Shown piece by piece: positions 59,133-64,000 of a DNA stretch of 64,000 nucleotides. The notes beneath the pieces were generated by a model. The model saw only the letters and a list, made by a program, of their open reading frames with translations. It ran no database searches and was not told where the DNA came from. The position numbers and the translations under genes are program-made. The stretch lies in assembly GCA_018336075.1 (NCBI GenBank), contig JAGXRB010000261.1, positions 221 through 64,220 on the forward strand, read 5' to 3'. The DNA is from Bacteroidota bacterium (GTDB lineage Bacteria > Bacteroidota > Bacteroidia > Bacteroidales > F082). The number at the start of each line of letters is the position of its first letter. Position 1 is the first letter of the stretch.

Positions 59133-59140
59133 CAAAGCTA
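59133..59140 (-). promoter_or_regulatory. -7 box TAGCTTTG for the 145-aa/capsid operon
   Basis: The plus strand reads CAAAGCTA. Confidence 0.4.
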
Positions 59141-59180
59141 TGTCAGGAAAAAAAAAGTAGGTATAACAATGTTATACTTT

Positions 59181-59609
59181 TTAGGCTAAATTTTTTAATT
59201 CATAACTGTGTCGACTATTCCAACTGATATAATCAGTGTATTTACTTTTTTTGAAATGCAATCTATAAATGCTATCCAGATAGTAGAATGCATCAACTTT
59301 TTTCATTCCTTTTTCACGGAGCAAATTGATATAAGTTCCCCAGTTCAATGAGCTTTCATTTAATGAAATTAAAATATCCGGGACATATGTTTCTCCGGCT
59401 TCTTTTAAATTTTGTAGTTCTGATAAAACTTCCTCTTCTGCTTCTGATAAATTACTCAAAATTGCATATGCGTACACATGGCTAGGCGAACGCTTAGTGC
59501 TGGAAAGGTTGTCAGGATTGACCCTCCCCCCCCTTATTGGGCTCTTTTTAGCTTTTAATGTGCTGTCTTTCAATTTCTTAGGTGCTTTTGTTTGTATGTT
59601 TGTTTCCAT
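59181..59609 (-). CDS. Hypothetical basic protein containing a G8 homopolymer tract
   Basis: 142-aa ORF with a K/R-rich N-terminus. A C8 run on the plus strand at 59526-59533 lies in codons for ..IRGGRV... Confidence 0.5.
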   Translation of the reverse strand: METNIQTKAPKKLKDSTLKAKKSPIRGGRVNPDNLSSTKRSPSHVYAYAILSNLSEAEEEVLSELQNLKEAGETYVPDILISLNESSLNWGTYINLLREKGMKKVDAFYYLDSIYRLHFKKSKYTDYISWNSRHSYELKNLA

Positions 59610-59668
59610 TGTCTTGTTAATAGGTTGATTTATAATAATTTGGCAATTTTTTATTCTATGAACTAATG

Positions 59669-60622
59669 TTATGATAGGTTATGAACTTCAAGTAAATTCG
59701 ATAAAACTGATTCTATTTTGGAGCTTTTAAGATACTCGTCTTCTGAATGAGTTAAATATAGTTTAGTGATGTTCGGGCTGGTATGCCGGAGAAACAACTG
59801 GACTTTAAAAATGTCATTTGTGGCTTTCAGTGCTGCGATTGCTGCGCCATGTCTTAAGCTGTGCGCACTTATTTTTGGATGCTTCAATCCTGCTGACTTC
59901 AATCTGTTGTTAACTATGTTCCCAATCTCTGGTGCTGACAATGCTTTTGCTTCTCCGTCCCTTATCCAATGACTTCTAAACAATGGCTCCGATGGGTTCA
60001 ATGTTTCATCTTTGCCAATTGTTAAACGCCTGGTCTCAATCAATTCTTTCAACGCCTGGTCAATGCTATCGGATATGGTGACGGCCTCCTTCACTTGCTG
60101 ACCTTTGCCGAGTATGTAAAGTAATGGCCGGCCTGACCTGTCAGTCTGAAAATCTGAAATCCTTAACCTTGAAACTTCAATGGCTCGTAATCCATTTTCA
60201 AACATCAATTGAATAATAACTTTATCTCTGGTTCCGGCAAATGTACTTCCATCAATTGACCTGATTAGCTGTGATACTTCTTCTGGTTTCAATGGGAGTT
60301 TGCTATATTGCTTTGGAATTTTGACGGGCCGGATGCCTGCTGTGATGTTTTTATAAATGTCATTCGCTTCCGTCCATTTGTAAAATCCTTTCACTCCCGA
60401 CAAATAACTATTGGCGGTGTAAATGCTTTTTTTGCTGATAAGAAATTCTTTAAATCTAATGATGTCGCGTTCGTTCGGAGTGCTGGCTGGCCGTCCAACA
60501 ATCACCAGATATTTGAAAAATTGGTGTAATGCATTCTCAATTGCCTTGCGGCTTTTGTCGTTAATGTCCTTTTGATCTGTGAAATCAGAAATTAACTGTG
60601 TGATCGTTCGGGCTGAATTCAT
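59669..60622 (-). CDS. Tyrosine recombinase, XerC/XerD-like (phage integrase family)
   Basis: 317 aa with an N-terminal SAM-like domain. The catalytic region reads ..GLRAIEVSRL.. (Arg I), ..HSLRHGAAIA.. (H-x-x-R) and ..LRHTSPNITKLYL (His/Tyr). Confidence 0.85.
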   Translation of the reverse strand: MNSARTITQLISDFTDQKDINDKSRKAIENALHQFFKYLVIVGRPASTPNERDIIRFKEFLISKKSIYTANSYLSGVKGFYKWTEANDIYKNITAGIRPVKIPKQYSKLPLKPEEVSQLIRSIDGSTFAGTRDKVIIQLMFENGLRAIEVSRLRISDFQTDRSGRPLLYILGKGQQVKEAVTISDSIDQALKELIETRRLTIGKDETLNPSEPLFRSHWIRDGEAKALSAPEIGNIVNNRLKSAGLKHPKISAHSLRHGAAIAALKATNDIFKVQLFLRHTSPNITKLYLTHSEDEYLKSSKIESVLSNLLEVHNLS

Positions 60623-61185
60623 TGTGTTAATGCTTTGGTGTTATCATAAGAAGTTGTCAAAAGTTTTATGTTCGTATCTGGATAGTATTTTTCTGAATTC
60701 AATTTCTTGAATTTTTCTTCAAAATCGATTTTGGAAAAATAAATATCAGAACGATTACAATATCTTTCCAAATAATCAAATACTTCATCAAGTGGATTTA
60801 CTAAACCTGCAAATTTTCTGTGCGTTTTTTTTCTTTCAAATGGTTTTACCATGTCATTAAACCATTTAAGATTGATCTGTTGTCCATAAAGTTTTTCATC
60901 AAAATTATGTTGGCCATTTATTACTTTCAGTAATGCCTTCTCATAATTATCAACTGTGATATGTCCAATTGTTTTTTTCAGGTTTGATAAGAAAAAACTT
61001 CTTGCTGGAAAATCTTTTGTGTCGGTCGGAATGTTTGATGCTCCCCAGCCCATTAAAATTGCTGTTTTTGAAATCATTTTTGCAAAATCTCCGTTTGAAA
61101 TTTCGGCAATTGTGGTCGGAAAAATTATTTTTCCCGGAATGCTTTTAATAGGCCACTCAATGTAAGGTTTAATTTCTTGTTCCAT
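60619..61185 (-). CDS. Hypothetical protein
   Basis: 188-aa ORF that overlaps the recombinase gene by 4 bp (translational coupling). No recognisable family. Confidence 0.5.
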   Translation of the reverse strand: MEQEIKPYIEWPIKSIPGKIIFPTTIAEISNGDFAKMISKTAILMGWGASNIPTDTKDFPARSFFLSNLKKTIGHITVDNYEKALLKVINGQHNFDEKLYGQQINLKWFNDMVKPFERKKTHRKFAGLVNPLDEVFDYLERYCNRSDIYFSKIDFEEKFKKLNSEKYYPDTNIKLLTTSYDNTKALTQ

Positions 61186-61196
61186 ATTGAAAGAAT

Positions 61197-61913
61197 TTAA
61201 AATGATTTTGAAAATTCTTCTTGCGCTTTATGATTAGCTTCCTGTTTCGATTTTGCCGCGATGTATGAATTTTTTGGAGTAGTAAGGCTTTTAGTATAGT
61301 TTTCGATTTTATTTTTATCTGTAAACCATATTTTTCTCATTTTAAGTTTCCAGTTTTTAACTGGATTATCTTTACTATCAATCCAATTACGATCGTTATA
61401 CCAATCATAAGCGATTTTTGCAGCTTCTTCATGATATCCATTATCAAGAAAAAATTTAATAACTTCAGAAAATTGCGGAGCTACTAGAATAGAATTATTA
61501 TTACTTGTATCATTCAAAATACTTGTACTATTATCCTCGAAGTTTTTTTCTATACCCCCCCCGAAATTTTTTTCTATACCCCCCTCGAAGTTTTTTTCTA
61601 TACCCCTCCCGAAGTTTTTTTCTATACCCCCCTCAGTTAAATAGATATTTCTTCTTGCGATTACCTTGCTGTTGTTCTGATATTCATTTTCTGTTTCGAT
61701 GTAACCATACTTCACTAATTGAGCTATCCAGTTAGTGATGCTTCGCTCGCTTACGTTGTAAAGTTTTGCGAAATACTTATTTGATGCAAAACACCTTTTT
61801 TCTTTATTTGATAGTGCTGTGATCTCTCCGTAAAAAAGTTTGACGTTCGGAGTTAAATTTTCATCATAGCGAACTTTTGCCGGGATGATGGCATAATAAT
61901 TTGGACTTTCCAT
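61197..61913 (-). CDS. HTH-domain replication-organiser-like protein (DnaD/phage Rep N-terminal type) with an internal GGIEKNF x4 repeat
   Basis: The N-terminus YYAIIPAKVRYDENLTPNVKLFYGEITALSNKEKRCFASNKYFAKLYNVSERSITNWIAQLVKYGYI resembles winged-HTH phage/plasmid replication proteins. The functional assignment is inferential. Confidence 0.55.
   Translation of the reverse strand: MESPNYYAIIPAKVRYDENLTPNVKLFYGEITALSNKEKRCFASNKYFAKLYNVSERSITNWIAQLVKYGYIETENEYQNNSKVIARRNIYLTEGGIEKNFGRGIEKNFEGGIEKNFGGGIEKNFEDNSTSILNDTSNNNSILVAPQFSEVIKFFLDNGYHEEAAKIAYDWYNDRNWIDSKDNPVKNWKLKMRKIWFTDKNKIENYTKSLTTPKNSYIAAKSKQEANHKAQEEFSKSF
61537..61632. repeat. Four tandem 24-bp direct repeats (candidate iterons/origin) inside the rep-like gene
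   Basis: The four 24-bp units are 61537-61560, 61561-61584, 61585-61608 and 61609-61632. Consensus (T/C)CGAAGTTTTTTTCTATACCCCCC, with 1 to 2 changes per unit. Confidence 0.8.
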
Positions 61914-61980
61914 ATCTTTGATTTTTGATTTTTGAATTATACCCGATGCATGACTAAATGCACCGGGTTTTTTATTCTCC

Positions 61981-62160
61981 TTAAAGCAAGTTCATCTTTT
62001 CTGCTTTCTTTTTCCAGAAACGTTCTCTGATTGCTTTTACCTTTTCAGGATTTTTTTCACGCCATTCTTTATTGTACGCACGTTGTACTTTTTTTACCAA
62101 CGCATCAATGGTTTCAGCGTCCATCTCTTTTTTCTTCTTGAATTTCTTAAAAATGTCCAT
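61981..62160 (-). CDS. Small basic hypothetical protein (59 aa; below the ORF-track cutoff)
   Basis: My translation reads MDIFKKFKKKKEMDAETIDALVKKVQRAYNKEWREKNPEKVKAIRERFWKKKAEKMNLL. It sits at the head of the rep operon. Whether it is coding is uncertain. Confidence 0.35.
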   Translation of the reverse strand: MDIFKKFKKKKEMDAETIDALVKKVQRAYNKEWREKNPEKVKAIRERFWKKKAEKMNLL

Positions 62161-62347
62161 CTTATTAGGTTTTTTGGGTTAATAAATCAATGTAAGAGTA
62201 AACAATCGTTTTTGTTTTGTCAAGGTGACAATGTCCGGAATCGTATACATTTATTTTGTTCTAACTCAATACTGATAAGGCTTTCAGCGTTGTTGAAAAG
62301 TGTTGATAACTTTTGTTTTGTCCCCTCGAAAATGGCAATTTTGGAGC

Positions 62348-62385
62348 AAAAAAAAATCCCATTGGGACGCCAATGGGATTTTTTA
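62348..62385 (-). terminator. Rho-independent terminator after the integrase gene
   Basis: AATCCCATTGG-gacg-CCAATGGGATT stem, with a T-run on the minus strand (A9 on the plus strand). Confidence 0.75.
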
Positions 62386-62409
62386 AACTTAGTTAAATTC
62401 TGAGTGAGC

Positions 62410-63558
62410 TCAGATTTTTGTAATACCCAATCGGTCGTAATCGTTGCTTATTTTTGAAGATAACATTTGAGCATATATCCGGGTCGTTTTTACACTGGCA
62501 TGGCCTAGTGTATGACTTACCGTCTCCAATGGCAATCCAGCGTTTAGCATTTGAGTTGCGAATGTGTGCCTTGCAAGGTGCGTTGTCAATGTTTTTGGGA
62601 TGTCGCAAATGATTTCAAGCTCCTTTAGAAAGGCATTCATTTTTTGATTAGAAATTATGTTAAAGACCTTTGAATTGTTGTCCCTGTACTTTTCAATAAT
62701 TTGCAGTGCTTCTTCCAGAAGTGGAACCATTGTTTTTTCTTGCGTTTTTTCTCGTGATCTTATAATGAAAGGTCTGCCGTCAATATTTCTTATTTCATCT
62801 CTTTTCAAGTTTAACAAATCACCGAAAGCCAATCCGCTGTTAATTTGAAATATGAACATGTCGCGGACTTGCTCCAGTCTTTGAATTCCTTTGTAATCTC
62901 GTAAACGTTGGATTTCATCAACTGTTAGAAAATCAATGTTACTTTTTGCTTTTGGTAGCTTAAAATTGTCATAAGGTGTTTTTTTAATCATATCAGTATT
63001 AACAGCCCTGCGCAAATATTTTATAAGTACCTTATGATTTTTCAGCGTTGTACTTGCTTTCATTGTCTTTAATAAATGAGAATGAAATCGATGTAAGTAG
63101 TTAAGGTTGAAATCTTGAATTTTTACATGCTTGTCGAATGCTTCAAAATTATTCAAAACAGAGTTAACAGCTCTTATCTGTCCGGCTCCTAGCGTTGGTT
63201 TATCAATCTCAAATTGCTGTCTCATATATTCGGCCAATGATGTGTTACGGCCTAGCTGGTCTCCGTCCATAAATAATTTTAAACTTTCCGGAGACGGTGT
63301 TATCTGGTAGCGGAAACAATCCAGATTGAATTCTTCAATTTTTCGGAGCTCTGCTTCAATCATAAAATTGTATTGAATAGCTCTGTTGTGTTGACGTGTA
63401 ACGCGTTTTTTCTTATCGTCCCAGTGCTCTTTTTCTATTTTAAATGGGAGGTTTCTCCATATCCTGGTATTACGATCAAAATAGATTTCAATACTAACCG
63501 GAGCAGATTTTCCGCTGATTGCTGTTTTTTTTCTGTCATAAATTACTTTACTTTCCAT
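62410..63558 (-). CDS. int: Site-specific tyrosine integrase (Bacteroidota type with an N-terminal arm-binding domain)
   Basis: The C-terminus reads ..HLARHTFATQMLNAGLPLETVSHTLGHASVKTTRIYA (H-x-x-R ... H ... Y). The track ORF starts at 63591. I prefer MESKVIYDRKK at 63558 because a -7 box lies at 63579-63586. Confidence 0.9.
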   Translation of the reverse strand: MESKVIYDRKKTAISGKSAPVSIEIYFDRNTRIWRNLPFKIEKEHWDDKKKRVTRQHNRAIQYNFMIEAELRKIEEFNLDCFRYQITPSPESLKLFMDGDQLGRNTSLAEYMRQQFEIDKPTLGAGQIRAVNSVLNNFEAFDKHVKIQDFNLNYLHRFHSHLLKTMKASTTLKNHKVLIKYLRRAVNTDMIKKTPYDNFKLPKAKSNIDFLTVDEIQRLRDYKGIQRLEQVRDMFIFQINSGLAFGDLLNLKRDEIRNIDGRPFIIRSREKTQEKTMVPLLEEALQIIEKYRDNNSKVFNIISNQKMNAFLKELEIICDIPKTLTTHLARHTFATQMLNAGLPLETVSHTLGHASVKTTRIYAQMLSSKISNDYDRLGITKI

Positions 63559-63571
63559 GCTTTTATTGTTT

Positions 63572-63625
63572 GGTATCACAAAACTAGTCAAAATTAAAGA
63601 AAAGTATCACAAAAAGTATCACAAA
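63572..63625 (+). promoter_or_regulatory. Right-end cluster of putative arm-type sites (GTATCACAAA x3) overlapping the integrase promoter
   Basis: GGTATCACAAA at 63572-63582, AGTATCACAAA at 63603-63613 and AGTATCACAAA at 63615-63625. A -7 box (plus strand CAAAACTA, i.e. TAGTTTTG) lies at 63579-63586. Confidence 0.5.
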
Positions 63626-63729
63626 TTTTACAAATTGGTTTGTTTTTTTTCAGGTTACACCATAATGTAAAATAACACTAGAAGTGGTGTTTTGTAGTAC
63701 GGGCGCGGGTTTCAGTAAATTTTAGGCAT

Positions 63730-63753
63730 AAAAAAACCCCTCGTGTGAGGGGT
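63730..63753 (-). terminator. Island-borne terminator now serving tRNA-Arg
   Basis: ACCCCTC-gtgt-GAGGGGT stem, followed on the minus strand by T7. It begins about 7 nt after the tRNA 3' end and lies inside the element. Confidence 0.65.
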
Positions 63754-63757
63754 TGTC

Positions 63758-63771
63758 AGTGATCCGGACAG
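63758..63771. repeat. attR core: 14-bp direct repeat AGTGATCCGGACAG overlapping the tRNA-Arg 3' end
   Basis: Identical to 55769-55782. Confidence 0.85.
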
Positions 63772-63833
63772 GATTCGAACCTGTGGCCCGCAGCTTAGAA
63801 GGCTGCTGCTCTATCCAACTGAGCTACCGGACC
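63760..63833 (-). tRNA. tRNA-Arg (anticodon UCU)
   Basis: I folded the 74-nt cloverleaf by hand. Acceptor GGTCCGG/CCGGATC, D arm GCTC..GAGC, anticodon arm GCAGC-CTTCTAA-GCTGC, T arm ACAGG-TTCGAAT-CCTGT, discriminator A. CCA is not encoded. Confidence 0.92.
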
Positions 63834-63861
63834 AGATCGCCAATACTTAAATTTGCGGCTG

Positions 63862-63869
63862 CAAAGGTA
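63862..63869 (-). promoter_or_regulatory. -7 box TACCTTTG for tRNA-Arg
   Basis: The plus strand reads CAAAGGTA, about 29 nt upstream of the mature 5' end. Confidence 0.45.
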
Positions 63870-63910
63870 GTAAAATTGTGCACCTATGCAAACATTCTTT
63901 TGAATGAAAC

Positions 63911-63938
63911 AAAAAAAAGGCGGTAAAAACCGCCTTTT
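63911..63938 (-). terminator. Rho-independent terminator of the gene entering from the right edge
   Basis: GGCGGT-aaaa-ACCGCC stem, followed on the minus strand by T8. Confidence 0.65.
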
Positions 63939-63956
63939 ATGAGTATCTGTTATCGC

Positions 63957-64000
63957 TTAGTAACGGTTTCTGTAACCGCCACCGCCGCCGCTGCCGCCTT
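63957..64000 (-). CDS. C-terminal end of a glycine-rich-tailed protein (possibly an RRM-type RNA-binding protein); the 5' part is outside the window
   Basis: The minus-strand translation ends ...GGSGGGGGYRNRY*, with the stop at 63957-63959. Only 14 codons are visible. Confidence 0.3.
   Translation of the reverse strand, partial: GGSGGGGGYRNRY

Larger units (their letters stand above)
55769..63771 (-). mobile_element. ~8.0-kb tRNA-Arg-integrated element (satellite-like or decayed prophage) carrying a CRISPR-like array
   Basis: Supported by the 14-bp att direct repeats, an integrase adjacent to the tRNA, repeated GTATCACAA motifs at both ends, an HK97 capsid gene, a replication-organiser-like gene with iterons and a second recombinase. 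Confidence 0.8.

Noticed and set aside
62083-62403. A 106-aa plus-strand ORF between the integrase and the rep operon
   Set aside because: It is antisense to the 59-aa ORF and spans the integrase terminator hairpin. Its F/L-rich composition is typical of AT-rich antisense frames.
63960-64000. A GC-rich GCC/ACC triplet run at the window end, considered as a possible simple-sequence repeat
   Set aside because: On the minus strand it reads as Gly/Ser codons ending in YRNRY-stop, followed by a good terminator. It is therefore the glycine-rich tail of a protein-coding gene.

Overview
This is an AT-rich chromosomal segment from a member of the Bacteroidota. The assignment rests on many T9SS C-terminal sorting domains, a type-B gliding-motility CTD, and TAnnTTTG -7 promoter boxes in front of most genes. 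Positions 1 to about 55.7 kb look like core genome. They hold partial gyrB, an Fe3+ ABC importer operon, an outer-membrane barrel next to a 1001-aa TPR protein, RNase P RNA, a MATE pump, prolyl oligopeptidase, a CCA-adding enzyme, miaA, gdhA, two GH13 glycogen genes, cysH, an Mpl-like Mur ligase, Rho with a ~275-aa charged insertion, rlmB, rplS, a duplicated two-gene T9SS cargo cassette, the coaE/YbbR-like/yajC/DUF1573 cluster, a fabH-like gene and two very large T9SS surface proteins. Positions 55769-63771 are the accessory part. They form an ~8.0-kb integrative element inserted in the 3' end of tRNA-Arg(UCU). A 14-bp direct repeat flanks it, and GTATCACAA motifs are clustered at both ends. 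The element carries two tyrosine recombinases, an HTH replication-organiser-like gene containing four 24-bp iterons, and a single HK97-type major capsid gene with no portal, terminase or tail genes. The most interesting feature is a cas-less CRISPR-like array of 36-bp GTTG...CAAC repeats and exactly 30-bp spacers. The repeats fit the type VI-B (Cas13b) pattern. The spacers are themselves self-complementary hairpins, and some are related to each other with compensatory changes. That is not expected for a normal adaptive array and is my main candidate for something new. All protein calls come from reading the supplied translations and my own recall of families; no database search was possible.
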